64,000 nt of DNA. Source: Acidobacteriota bacterium (lineage in GTDB: Bacteria; Acidobacteriota; Terriglobia; Terriglobales; SCQP01). Position 1 is the first letter of the stretch. Every line of letters starts with the position of its first letter. The DNA lies in contig SCQP01000016.1 in the NCBI GenBank assembly GCA_004299485.1, positions 213,842 to 277,841 of the forward strand. Direction: 5' to 3'. This document shows, piece after piece, positions 17,654 to 26,880 of the stretch. The position numbers were made by a program, and so were the translations under genes. Below the pieces are notes generated by a model. That model saw nothing but the letters and a program-made list of their open reading frames with translations, did no database searches and had not been told where the DNA came from.

Positions 17654-18465
17654 GCGCGGCGATCGAGTTGCGGGAGGCGAGCAAGCGCTACGGCGATTGG
17701 GGGCGCTTTGCGGTTGAAGCGCTGTCGTTCGCGGTCGAGACGGGTACAGTGCTGGGCCTCGTGGGCCCGAATGGCGCCGGCAAGACGACGACTATATTTA
17801 TGCTTGCGGGCTTGCTGGAGCCGAGCGCGGGAACGCTACGGGTGCTGGGGCGTGAGGTGCGGCCGGGGCTCGGCGACCCGCGCGTGGGGCTGGTATCCGG
17901 CTCGCTCGAGGAATTCGACTATTTGACGGGGACGGAGTCAGTGATCCTGGTGGGACGTCTGCTGGGGCTGCCGGGCCGGGAGGCGGCGCGGCGGGCGGAG
18001 GCGCTGCTGAAGCTATTCGATCTTGGTGGGGCGGAGAACGGCCTGTTGCCGACTTATTCTTCCGGGATGAAGCAGAAAATCCGGGTTGCATGCGCGCTCG
18101 TGGGCACTCCGGAGGTGCTGCTGCTGGATGAGCCGTTCGAGGCACTGGATATTACGGCGAGCGCGATTTTGGCCGAAATCATCCGGCGGTTTGCAGCGGG
18201 CGGGGGAACGGTGCTGCTCGCCAGTCATGATCTGCGGCTGGTGGAGCGGGTGGCGACACATTACGCGATCCTGAAAGCCGGGCGGCTGGTCGAGACCGGC
18301 AGCCTGAGCGCGCTCGCCAGCGGCACGGCCGACGGGGGCGGAGGGCACCCGGCGCTGGAGCAGCGGTTCTGGGAGCTGACTGGGCCGCCTGCGGTTCCCG
18401 AACTTGACTGGCTGCGGCAAGGGAGTGAGGGCTCCGCCTGTGCCGGCGAGCCCGCGGGAAGCTGA
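17650..18465 (+). CDS. ABC transporter ATP-binding protein (ABC-2/DrrA-like)
   Basis: Walker A 'GPNGAGKTT', signature 'YSSGMKQKIRVA', Walker B 'LLLDEPFEALD', H-loop 'LASHD'. The GTG at 17650 overlaps the upstream stop; the track ORF starts at 17200. Confidence 0.8.
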   Translation: MSAAIELREASKRYGDWGRFAVEALSFAVETGTVLGLVGPNGAGKTTTIFMLAGLLEPSAGTLRVLGREVRPGLGDPRVGLVSGSLEEFDYLTGTESVILVGRLLGLPGREAARRAEALLKLFDLGGAENGLLPTYSSGMKQKIRVACALVGTPEVLLLDEPFEALDITASAILAEIIRRFAAGGGTVLLASHDLRLVERVATHYAILKAGRLVETGSLSALASGTADGGGGHPALEQRFWELTGPPAVPELDWLRQGSEGSACAGEPAGS

Positions 18466-18516
18466 AGGCATGAGAGTGGCTCGACCCTGGCGGCGCGGGG
18501 CGCTTATGATTAGGTT

Positions 18517-19392
18517 GTGAACTCAATTCATGCTTTTGCCTGGCACAACGGCCAGCTGGTTCCCACTGCGGAGCTGCGGGTCTCGCCGCTGCAGACGGGG
18601 CTGCTGAGCGGCTGGGGGCTGTTCAGTACGCTGCGGATTTACCAGGGCGTGCCGTTTGCTCTGGAAGATCACTGGCAGCGACTGGCGACCGATGGGGCCA
18701 AGCTGCTGATGGATATGAGTGGGCTGGAAGAGGAGATGCAGCGCGCGCTGGCGGCCGTCATCGCCCGGAATGACGCGCAGGAGGCGGTAGCGCGGGTGTA
18801 CTTCATCCGCAACGGCGGCGGATTGCTGGACTGCCCGCATGAGCGCGCGACCGACGTGCTGGTGTTTACGCGGGCGCTGCGGAGCTGGGGCGAGGCGGCA
18901 AAGCTGCTGTTGCAGCCACATGGGCGCGACCCGGAAGCGCCGCTGGCGGGCACCAAGACGCTGACCTGGTCGCATAACCTGGTGCAGGTGGAGCAGGCGC
19001 ATGCGCGCGGCTACGACGACGTGCTGCTGCTGAATCCGCGCGGGGAAGTGGCCGAATGCACTTCGGCGAACATTTTTGTGGCGCGCAACGGGCGGCTGCG
19101 CACGCCGCCGCTGAGCTCGGGCGCGTTGCCGGGCATCAGCCGCAAGCTGTTGCTGGCGGCCGCGCCCAAGCACGGACTGAAAATTGAGGAAGCGGCGCTG
19201 ACCGAGGCCGATTTGTACACGGCCGAGGAGATTTTCATCACCTCGAGCACGCGCGAGGTGCAGGCGGTGGAGCGGATTGAAGCCCGGGACATTCCGCGCG
19301 GGCCGCTGACCGCGCGCGCCCAAGCTATCTTCAAGGAACTGGTGGGGGGTTACGTGGCATCGCACAAGGAGCTCGCGGCAAAACAGGTATGA
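18517..19392 (+). CDS. Class IV aminotransferase (branched-chain aminotransferase / aminodeoxychorismate lyase family)
   Basis: 291 aa with fold-type IV pattern ('ECTSANIFVARNGRLRTPP', 'LPGISR', 'EIFITSSTREV'). Confidence 0.75.
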   Translation: MNSIHAFAWHNGQLVPTAELRVSPLQTGLLSGWGLFSTLRIYQGVPFALEDHWQRLATDGAKLLMDMSGLEEEMQRALAAVIARNDAQEAVARVYFIRNGGGLLDCPHERATDVLVFTRALRSWGEAAKLLLQPHGRDPEAPLAGTKTLTWSHNLVQVEQAHARGYDDVLLLNPRGEVAECTSANIFVARNGRLRTPPLSSGALPGISRKLLLAAAPKHGLKIEEAALTEADLYTAEEIFITSSTREVQAVERIEARDIPRGPLTARAQAIFKELVGGYVASHKELAAKQV

Positions 19393-20006
19393 GCGCGGGG
19401 CGGCCCATCCTGATCGTGGAAGACGAAGACCTGATCCGGGATACCTATGCCCGGCGGCTGGAGCATGAAGGCTATGCGGTGCGTCAAGCGGCGAGCGGGC
19501 GCGAGGCACTGCAGAGCGTGCGCCAGGCGGCGCCGCAGTTGATCCTGCTGGATGTGATGCTGCCCGACATCAGCGGCCTGGAGGTGCTGAAGTCGCTGCG
19601 CGCCGACCGCCGCTTCCTGTCCACGCCGGTGGTGCTGTTCACCAACCTCAGCCAGCACATGGACAAGCATCAGGCGGCGCGGCTGGGCGCGACGGACTAT
19701 CTGGTGAAATCGGAAGTCGCGCCCGCCGACGTGGTGGCGCGGGTGCGGCAACTGCTGGAATCGAATCCCGGCCGGCGGCCGATTGCCAGCTTCCGGCTGA
19801 GCGTGGATCCGGCGCAGGGGGATGCTGGGGCGCTGGCGTCGCTGCTAGGCTATGAGCGGGATTACCGCTGCCGCCAGTGCGGCGGGCGGATGGAATTGCA
19901 GTTGGATGGTGATTTCTCCGATCCCTGGTCGCGCAACTTCCGGGTGCGCCTGCGCTGTCCGGCCTGCCTGGAGAACCTGCGCGCGCCGGTAGAGAGCCCG
20001 AACTGA
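19389..20006 (+). CDS. Response regulator receiver protein with C-terminal Cys4 zinc-ribbon-like tail
   Basis: 'ILIVEDEDLIRD', acceptor region 'LILLDVMLPDISG', 'TNL...K'. The C-terminus carries 'CRQCGG...CPAC'. ATGA overlap with the upstream gene. Confidence 0.8.
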   Translation: MSAGRPILIVEDEDLIRDTYARRLEHEGYAVRQAASGREALQSVRQAAPQLILLDVMLPDISGLEVLKSLRADRRFLSTPVVLFTNLSQHMDKHQAARLGATDYLVKSEVAPADVVARVRQLLESNPGRRPIASFRLSVDPAQGDAGALASLLGYERDYRCRQCGGRMELQLDGDFSDPWSRNFRVRLRCPACLENLRAPVESPN

Positions 20007-22303
20007 TGTGGTCGGCGCTGCGCAAGGCGATCTCGAATCAAGCCGAGGCGCTGTTGCGCTGGCTGACCGCCTCGGTCATCCGTTCCACCGCCATTTTCGT
20101 CATCCTCACCTTCGTTCCGATTCTGCTGCTGACCTACTACATTGTGGCCACCAGCATCCGCAACACCAAAGCGGCGCAGTCGGGCGCCGACCAGCAGGTG
20201 GCCCAGTTCTCGGTATCGCTGCTCAAAGCCAACTTTGGCGGGGAGCGGGAAGCGCTGGCGGGCGCGGCGGATGAGAGCTCGCTGGAGCAATTGCTGCGGG
20301 AGAGCCTGCAGCCGGAGTCGCGCTCGGCGCGGACGCAGCGGAAGCAAGAACAAGACCTCGCCCGCGCGCAGCAGAGCGCGCGGCAAAATCTGTCGCGCCT
20401 GCGCGCCCGGCGCGCGGAATTCATGGCGATTGCGCTCTACCGCGGCGATGGCGCCCTGCTGGCGGCGGCGCCGGAGGAGAGCAGCCAAGTTCCGGACTTC
20501 ACGGTTGCGGCCACGGATCTGTCCCCGCCGCCGGCTGCTCTGGTTCCGGTGCTGACCGCGGCGGTGTTGCCCCTCTGGTTTCAGCAGGCCCAGGCAGGCC
20601 GGTCCGTAACCTCGGCGGCGCTGCCGGCCCGGGCGCATTGGCCGCGGCGGCTGGCGTTTGCGGTGCCGGTCAGCTTCAACCCGCCGGCGCACCGCCCGGG
20701 CGCAGCGGGCAGCACCGGCGTGCTGGTGGGCTTTCTGCCCACGGCGGTAGTCGGGGACTGGGTGAACCACCTCAGCGCCGGCCCCAACCGCTATTTATAC
20801 GTCGTGGACCGCGACCATCAGATTGTTTCGGGTCCGGTGAATGGCCCGTTCACGCCCGCGATTATCGCGCAGCTCCCCGGGACCGCCAGGGCGTTGACCG
20901 GTCACAGCGGCAGCGGCGAATTTGTCAGCGCCATTCAGCTCGAGAGCCACGCCATTACCTATGCGCCGCTGCCGGAAGAACAGATGGCGCTGGTGCTGGT
21001 GCGGCCGGTGCGCTTCAGCTTTTATATCTACCGCGTCTTTTACGACAAGCTGGCGCTGATCGCGCTGGTGATCTTTCTGCTGGCCGTGGCCACCGGCCTG
21101 CTGTTACGCGCCGCCTTCCGCTATTACCAGCGCTACAGCCGCGAGGTGGAGAGCGGACGCGCCAAGACCGAAGCGCTGCTGGGGAGCATGGGCGACGGCG
21201 TGTTTGCCGTGGATGGCGAAGGCCGCATCATCGAGTTCAATCGCGCCGCGGCGGCGCTGACGGGCGAGACTGCGGCGCAGGCGCTGCATCGTCCCTATAC
21301 CGAAGTCATCCAGCTCAGCGAAGAGCATCCAGGCCAGCTTCCGCAGCATCCCGACCCTGTGCGCCGCGCCATGGCGCAGGGCCGGACCTTCCGCCTGCTG
21401 CGCGACCTGACGCTGCTGCGCGCCGACGGCACGCGGCTGCCGGTGACGTTCAGCGCCGCGCCGGTACGGGACGAGCAGGGCGGGGTGCAGGGCTGCATTG
21501 TGGTGTTCAGCGACGCCAGCCAGGAGCGGGAAGTCGACCGCATGAAGAATGAGTTCATCAGCATCGCCAGCCACCAGTTGCGCACGCCCATGAGCGGCGT
21601 GAAAGGCGTGCTGGCGCTGCTGATTGAGGAAGTGCTGGGGCCGCTGAACATCGAACAGAAGCACTACTTGCAGCGCGCCTATGAATCGAATGAGCGCCTG
21701 ATCGCGCTGGTGAACGATCTGCTGAACGTGAGCCGTCTGGAACAGGGCAGCCTGCTGCTGCGCACCGAGGCGGTGGATCTACCGGCGCTGCTGCGCACGC
21801 TGGCGAGCGAGTTTCAACCGCGCGCCGCGCGCTACCATCAGAACTTGCTGCTCACGGAGGCGGCCAGTCCGGGCGACAGCCGCGCGGGGCTGGTGCAGGG
21901 TGATCCGGTGCGGCTGCGCGAGGTGTTCGCCAATCTCGTCGATAACGCTATCAAGTACACGCCGGAAGGCGGAACGGTGCGGCTTGCCTGGAGTCCGACG
22001 CCCGACCAGGTCGTGGTGGAGGTCAGCGACAACGGCGTGGGCATTCCCGCCGACAAGCTTTCCAGTCTGTTCCTGAAGTTCAACCGCATTCAGAACCCGC
22101 TCAGTGGCCGGGAGTTCGGCACCGGCCTGGGCCTCTATTTCGCGCGCTCGGTAGTGGAGCTGCACCAGGGCCGCATTGAAGTGGCGAGCGAACCGGGTCA
22201 GGGGACGACGTTCCGCGTCTTTCTACCGCGTCAGCCCGCGCCTGCCGCCGACGGAAGCGCGACCCCGCTAGTGGACGCCACCACCGCGGCTCCGGCACAC
22301 TAA
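20006..22303 (+). CDS. Sensor histidine kinase (TM, sensor region, PAS, HisKA, HATPase_c)
   Basis: H-box 'SHQLRTPMSGV', N-box 'NLVDNAIKYT', 'DNGVGI', 'GTGLGL'. PAS-like 'GDGVFAVDGEGRIIEFNRAAAALTG'. Confidence 0.9.
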   Translation: MWSALRKAISNQAEALLRWLTASVIRSTAIFVILTFVPILLLTYYIVATSIRNTKAAQSGADQQVAQFSVSLLKANFGGEREALAGAADESSLEQLLRESLQPESRSARTQRKQEQDLARAQQSARQNLSRLRARRAEFMAIALYRGDGALLAAAPEESSQVPDFTVAATDLSPPPAALVPVLTAAVLPLWFQQAQAGRSVTSAALPARAHWPRRLAFAVPVSFNPPAHRPGAAGSTGVLVGFLPTAVVGDWVNHLSAGPNRYLYVVDRDHQIVSGPVNGPFTPAIIAQLPGTARALTGHSGSGEFVSAIQLESHAITYAPLPEEQMALVLVRPVRFSFYIYRVFYDKLALIALVIFLLAVATGLLLRAAFRYYQRYSREVESGRAKTEALLGSMGDGVFAVDGEGRIIEFNRAAAALTGETAAQALHRPYTEVIQLSEEHPGQLPQHPDPVRRAMAQGRTFRLLRDLTLLRADGTRLPVTFSAAPVRDEQGGVQGCIVVFSDASQEREVDRMKNEFISIASHQLRTPMSGVKGVLALLIEEVLGPLNIEQKHYLQRAYESNERLIALVNDLLNVSRLEQGSLLLRTEAVDLPALLRTLASEFQPRAARYHQNLLLTEAASPGDSRAGLVQGDPVRLREVFANLVDNAIKYTPEGGTVRLAWSPTPDQVVVEVSDNGVGIPADKLSSLFLKFNRIQNPLSGREFGTGLGLYFARSVVELHQGRIEVASEPGQGTTFRVFLPRQPAPAADGSATPLVDATTAAPAH

Positions 22304-22309
22304 AGAAGC

Positions 22310-24037
22310 ATGAGTACGTCTGCCGCTCCCGCCCCGTCCTTGTGGTTCAAAAACGCCGTCATCTACGAAGTGCCGGTGCGTGCTTTTGCCGACTGGAACG
22401 GCGACGGCATCGGCGATTTTCGCGGCCTGATCGACAAGCTCGATTACCTGCAATGGCTGGGGGTGGACTGTCTCTGGCTGCTGCCCTTTTATCCTTCGCC
22501 GCTGCGCGACGACGGCTACGACATCGCCGACTTTCACGACGTGGATCCCGATTACGGCACACTGGAGGACTTCCGGGAACTGCTGGAGGAGGCGCACGCG
22601 CGGGGCATGCGTGTGCTCGCAGATCTGGTGCTCAACCATACCTCGGACCAGCATCCCTGGTTTCAGCAGGCGCGCAGTTCCGCCGATTCCCCCTATCGCA
22701 ACTGGTACGTCTGGAGTTCCGACCCGCACCGCTACGCGCAGGCGCGGATCATCTTCACCGATACCGAAGTCAGCAACTGGACCTGGGATCCGGTCGCCAA
22801 CGCCTATTTCTGGCACCGGTTTTACAGTCATCAGCCGGATTTGAACTACGAGGAACCGGCGGTGCGGAAGGCGATGATCGAGACCGTCTTTTACTGGCTG
22901 GATCTCGGCCTGGACGGCTTCCGCTGCGACGCCGTGCCGTATTTGTTCGAACGCGAGCAGACCATCTGCGAGAATCTGCCCCAAACGCATGCGTTTTTGC
23001 AAGAGTTGCGCCGTCAGGTGGACGCCCGCTACGGCGGGGACCGCATTCTGCTGGCGGAAGCCAATCAATGGCCGAGCGACGTGGTACGGTATTTCGGGCA
23101 GTCACAGCCGGGCGAGCCGGCGGAATTTCATATGGCGTTTCACTTTCCGCTGATGCCACGGCTGTTTATGGCGGTACGTCAGGAAACGCGCCGGCCCATC
23201 GTGGACATTCTCGCGCAGACACCGCCCATCCCGGAGAACTGCCAGTGGGGCCTGTTTCTGCGCAACCATGATGAGCTGACGCTGGAGATGTGCACGGACG
23301 AGGAGCGCGATTACATGTACTACGAGTACGCGCGCGAACCCCGCATGAAGCTCAATCTCGGCATCCGCCGCCGGCTGGCGCCGATTGTGGACAACAGCCG
23401 CCGCGAAATTGAGCTGATGAACGTGATTCTCTTCTCCATGCCGGGCACGCCGATTCTCTATTACGGTGATGAAATCGGCATGGGCGACAATATTTATCTC
23501 TCCGACCGCAACGGCGTGCGCACGCCCATGCAGTGGAACATCGACCGCAACGGCGGCTTTTCCAAGGCGCCCACCGAACGCCTGTATGCGCCCCTCATTC
23601 AGAACCCCATCTACAGCTTTCAGGCGGTCAATGTGGAGCGGCAGTTTCAGGACCCCAATTCCCTGCTCAACTGGATGAAATCGCTGCTGAAGCTGCGGCA
23701 CAACAACCCGCTGTTCGGCTGGGGCGGAATCTCTTTCCTGACCCCGGGCAATGAGCGCGTGCTGGTCTACCTGCGCCGGCTGGCGAAGCAGTCCTCGCAC
23801 TCCTGGGGAGAGATGCCGGGCGCGCGCTGCGTGCTGGTGGTGGCCAACCTGTCGCGGCATTCGCAGGCGGTCGAATTGGATCTGTCGAGCTTTGCCGGCT
23901 GGACGCCGCATGAAATGTTCGGCGAGACGGTGTTTCCGGCAATCGCCACCGCGCCCTACCAGCTCAGTCTGGGCGCCTACGGCTATTATTGGTTCCGTTT
24001 AGAACCCCCGGGCGGCAGCGACGTGCCTGCGTTGTGA
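22310..24037 (+). CDS. treS: Trehalose synthase / maltose alpha-D-glucosyltransferase (GH13)
   Basis: '[10 protein letters not shown]', '[41 protein letters not shown]', '[14 protein letters not shown]', '[10 protein letters not shown]', '[11 protein letters not shown]'. Confidence 0.85.
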   Translation: MSTSAAPAPSLWFKNAVIYEVPVRAFADWNGDGIGDFRGLIDKLDYLQWLGVDCLWLLPFYPSPLRDDGYDIADFHDVDPDYGTLEDFRELLEEAHARGMRVLADLVLNHTSDQHPWFQQARSSADSPYRNWYVWSSDPHRYAQARIIFTDTEVSNWTWDPVANAYFWHRFYSHQPDLNYEEPAVRKAMIETVFYWLDLGLDGFRCDAVPYLFEREQTICENLPQTHAFLQELRRQVDARYGGDRILLAEANQWPSDVVRYFGQSQPGEPAEFHMAFHFPLMPRLFMAVRQETRRPIVDILAQTPPIPENCQWGLFLRNHDELTLEMCTDEERDYMYYEYAREPRMKLNLGIRRRLAPIVDNSRREIELMNVILFSMPGTPILYYGDEIGMGDNIYLSDRNGVRTPMQWNIDRNGGFSKAPTERLYAPLIQNPIYSFQAVNVERQFQDPNSLLNWMKSLLKLRHNNPLFGWGGISFLTPGNERVLVYLRRLAKQSSHSWGEMPGARCVLVVANLSRHSQAVELDLSSFAGWTPHEMFGETVFPAIATAPYQLSLGAYGYYWFRLEPPGGSDVPAL

Positions 24038-24717
24038 ACTACTTCAACTACTTCACCGAAATCGAAGAGCATTTTCAGCACAAGCGGGGCGCGCAGATTC
24101 TGCTCTCGCCGGTCGATTGGGCGCTGATTGCGTCCTGGCGCGAAGCCGGCATTCCGCTGGCGGCAGTGCTGGCCGGCATTGATGCCGCCTTTGAGAAATT
24201 CGATTCCGGCCGCCGCCGCGATACGCAGCGGCATCGCTCGCTAATGTATTGCGCCGCAGCAGTGCTGGACGCAGCCGAAGCGGCGCGGGCGGCAGCGGTG
24301 GGCGCGCCCTCGACGCCTGAACCTCCATCGCCGGAAGAGGATACCTTTAGTCCGGGCCGCATCCGCGCGCATCTGGAAAACGCCGCCGCACGGCTTGCTG
24401 CGGCATTGCCTGACGGGACGGCCAGCGATGTCGTCGATACCGTGCGGCGCCTGGCGGCCGCTGATCCGATGGGGCCGCTCGAGCAACTTGACCGAGTTTT
24501 GACGGTATGCGATGAGAAGCTGCTGGCGGCACTCACGGCCGCAACGCCGGTGGAAGTCATGGTCGCGCTGCGCGCGGATATGGACCGCGATCTGGCCGCT
24601 TACCGGCGCCGGCTGCGACCGGAGCAGCTCGCCATGATCGAGCGGCAATTCGTGCAGCGCCGGCTGCTGGAGCATTGGAAAGCACCGCGCCTGAGCCTGT
24701 TCTACCTAGATGTATAA
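24034..24717 (+). CDS. Hypothetical protein translationally coupled to treS
   Basis: The GTG at 24034 overlaps the treS stop (GTGA). About 227 aa beginning '[19 protein letters not shown]'. No motif recognised. Confidence 0.5.
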   Translation: MNYFNYFTEIEEHFQHKRGAQILLSPVDWALIASWREAGIPLAAVLAGIDAAFEKFDSGRRRDTQRHRSLMYCAAAVLDAAEAARAAAVGAPSTPEPPSPEEDTFSPGRIRAHLENAAARLAAALPDGTASDVVDTVRRLAAADPMGPLEQLDRVLTVCDEKLLAALTAATPVEVMVALRADMDRDLAAYRRRLRPEQLAMIERQFVQRRLLEHWKAPRLSLFYLDV

Positions 24718-24988
24718 TCTAGATGAAATGGATGCGATGAAGACCGTGGGCCTATTTGAAGCCAAGCAAAAGCTCTCCGAGCTGGTGGAGCGCGCCCGCA
24801 CGGGCGAGGAAATCGGCATCACCCGGCATGGCAAACTTGTAGCCAAGGTCGTTCCTGCGGCGGAAGTGCCCAAGCGCACCTGGAAGGAGATCTTTGCTGA
24901 CCTCGACGAGTACCGGAAGCACTTCAGCCCTGGCACGCGGCCGGTGAGCGACGAAGAAATCGTAGCCATGATCCACGAAGGCCATTAG
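24710..24988 (+). CDS. Type II antitoxin, Phd/YefM family
   Basis: 'MKTVGLFEAKQKLSELVERARTGEEIGITRHGKLVAKVV' is a classic Phd/YefM N-terminus. Lies directly upstream of a PIN gene. Confidence 0.8.
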   Translation: MYNLDEMDAMKTVGLFEAKQKLSELVERARTGEEIGITRHGKLVAKVVPAAEVPKRTWKEIFADLDEYRKHFSPGTRPVSDEEIVAMIHEGH

Positions 24989-25404
24989 TGAAAGGCCTTG
25001 TGCTGGATGCTTCCGTGCTGCTCCGCTGGGTACTGGAGGGCGAGATTCCCGTGCTCGCAGTGTCGGTGCGAGAGCTGATCCAGCAGCAATACGAGGCGCT
25101 AGCGCCTGACCTGTTGCCGTGGGAAGTCATGAATGCGATTGTGATGTCCGACCGCAACAACACCTTGGGACATCCTTTCGACTACGCTTGTCAGCAGGCT
25201 GCGGCGTGGCTAGCGCTCGTTCATATCGAACCGGGAGCGCAAACCCCTCTCGCGGCGAGCGCGGCGCTGGCGCGGCAATATCGCTTGACTGCGTACGATG
25301 CGGGATACCTCGAGTTGGCGCTGCGCCAGAATCTTCCGCTGGCGACTCTGGATCAGCAACTGTACCGTGCGGCGGTGGCGGCGGGCGTGGCGGTGGATTT
25401 CTAG
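24988..25404 (+). CDS. vapC: PIN-domain toxin (VapC family)
   Basis: 138 aa. 'LVLDASVLL' (first acidic residue), 'AYDAGYLELA', C-terminal 'LATLD'. Its start overlaps the antitoxin stop. Confidence 0.8.
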   Translation: MKGLVLDASVLLRWVLEGEIPVLAVSVRELIQQQYEALAPDLLPWEVMNAIVMSDRNNTLGHPFDYACQQAAAWLALVHIEPGAQTPLAASAALARQYRLTAYDAGYLELALRQNLPLATLDQQLYRAAVAAGVAVDF

Positions 25405-26537
25405 TGGTAGAGACGCTCGAAGTCACCATTGAAAAGCTGGTGAACGGCGGGGAGGGACTGGCGCGGCTGCCGGCAGATGCGGCTGGGCGCCGCGAGGTAG
25501 TCTTCGTGCCCTTTACCCTGCCGGGCGAGCGCGTGCGCATAGAACGCGAGGGCCGGCGGGTGCGGCTGCTCGAGATTCTGGAACCTTCGCCGGAACGGAT
25601 TGCGCCGGGCTGCGAGTACTTCGGCCGCTGCGGCGGCTGCCAGCTCCAGCACACCAGCGCGGCGCAGCAGCTTGCGCTCAAGCGCGCCATCCTGCTTGAA
25701 ACATTGCAGCGGACCGGAGGCGTGGTGTGGGAGGGGGAAGTGCAGGAACATGCCGCCGAGCCGTGGGGCTATCGCAATCGCGTCCGCTTGCAGGCGCAGC
25801 CGGGCGTGGGTACGGGTTATTACGAGGCGGCGAGCCACCGCGTGCTGGCCATCACTCACTGTCCGATTGCATCAGAGGCGATTAACCAGGGCATTGCCGA
25901 GCTTGCCGCCGCCGACGTCAGCGGGCGAGCGGAACTCGAACTGGCCGTCGATAATCAGGATGGTGGTCTGCACGACGATGCCCCACTCTCGTTTGCGGTC
26001 GCGGGCCGGAGCTATCGCGTCAGTCCCGGCGCATTCTTTCAGGTAAACCGCTACTTGGCGGAAGTGATCGTAACAGCGGTGACCGCGGGCGAGCAGGGCG
26101 AGGCGGCGCTCGACTTGTTCAGCGGGGTGGGATTGTTTGCCCTGCCTCTAACTGCGGCGTTTGCACGAGTGGAGGCCGTGGAGGCCAACCCGGTTGCGGC
26201 AAAAGACCTGCGCCACAATCTCGCCACGACCCGTACCGCCGGGGTGACGATCGCGGCCATGCCGGCGTTGGCGTACCTGCGCCGCCGTACTCCTGAGCCG
26301 GTTGATCTGCTGGTCGCGGATCCGCCGCGCGCCGGACTCGGCCCGGAGCTGACGGCGGCCATCGTGGCGCTGGCGCCCGTGCACCTGCATCTGGTGTCGT
26401 GCGACCCCGCCACGCTGGGGCGCGACCTGCGGCAGCTTCTGTCGGCGGGTTACCGCATCATGGAGATGCACCTGCTGGATCTGTTCCCGCAGACGGCGCA
26501 CATCGAGACGGCCGTCAAGCTGCACCGCGAAACTTAG
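25404..26537 (+). CDS. 23S rRNA (uracil-C5)-methyltransferase, RlmD/RumA family (TRAM + SAM MTase)
   Basis: TRAM-like 'VTIEKLVNGGEGLARL', Fe-S cysteines 'CEYFGRCGGCQLQH', 'DLFSGVGLFALPL', 'DPPRAG', 'VSCDP'. The GTG at 25404 was chosen; the track ORF begins at 25119 inside vapC. Confidence 0.8.
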   Translation: MVETLEVTIEKLVNGGEGLARLPADAAGRREVVFVPFTLPGERVRIEREGRRVRLLEILEPSPERIAPGCEYFGRCGGCQLQHTSAAQQLALKRAILLETLQRTGGVVWEGEVQEHAAEPWGYRNRVRLQAQPGVGTGYYEAASHRVLAITHCPIASEAINQGIAELAAADVSGRAELELAVDNQDGGLHDDAPLSFAVAGRSYRVSPGAFFQVNRYLAEVIVTAVTAGEQGEAALDLFSGVGLFALPLTAAFARVEAVEANPVAAKDLRHNLATTRTAGVTIAAMPALAYLRRRTPEPVDLLVADPPRAGLGPELTAAIVALAPVHLHLVSCDPATLGRDLRQLLSAGYRIMEMHLLDLFPQTAHIETAVKLHRET

Positions 26538-26869
26538 TTGCCGAAGTGCCTAGCGAGGTAGGCGACGAGCGCGGGCTCATCCTGTGCGGAAACTTGTGCG
26601 CCGAGGCCGACCATCTCGTTGACGGTCCTGGTCCAGCCGGTGGCGTCCTGCGGATGCTGCGTAAGGGTGTTGAGTCCATGGCAGCCGCCGCAGCGCGCCA
26701 GCACCATCTGCCCGATGGCAGCATCGGCTTCTTCCGGCACGGGCGCGCTCGCGGCGGCCGCTTCTGGATTCAACGCAGGCCGCTGGCCAACGTTGGTAAG
26801 CGCGACAAGTAACGCCAAGCCAACTGCCAGGCCCAGCAGGACGAGAGGAGCTTTTACGGCAGACTTCAC
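26534..26869 (-). CDS. Secreted c-type cytochrome domain protein
   Basis: Signal peptide 'MKSAVKAPLVLLGLAVGLALLVAL' and heme-binding 'CGGCH'. Confidence 0.7.
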   Translation of the reverse strand: MKSAVKAPLVLLGLAVGLALLVALTNVGQRPALNPEAAAASAPVPEEADAAIGQMVLARCGGCHGLNTLTQHPQDATGWTRTVNEMVGLGAQVSAQDEPALVAYLARHFGN

Positions 26870-26880
26870 GCTCCCTTATT

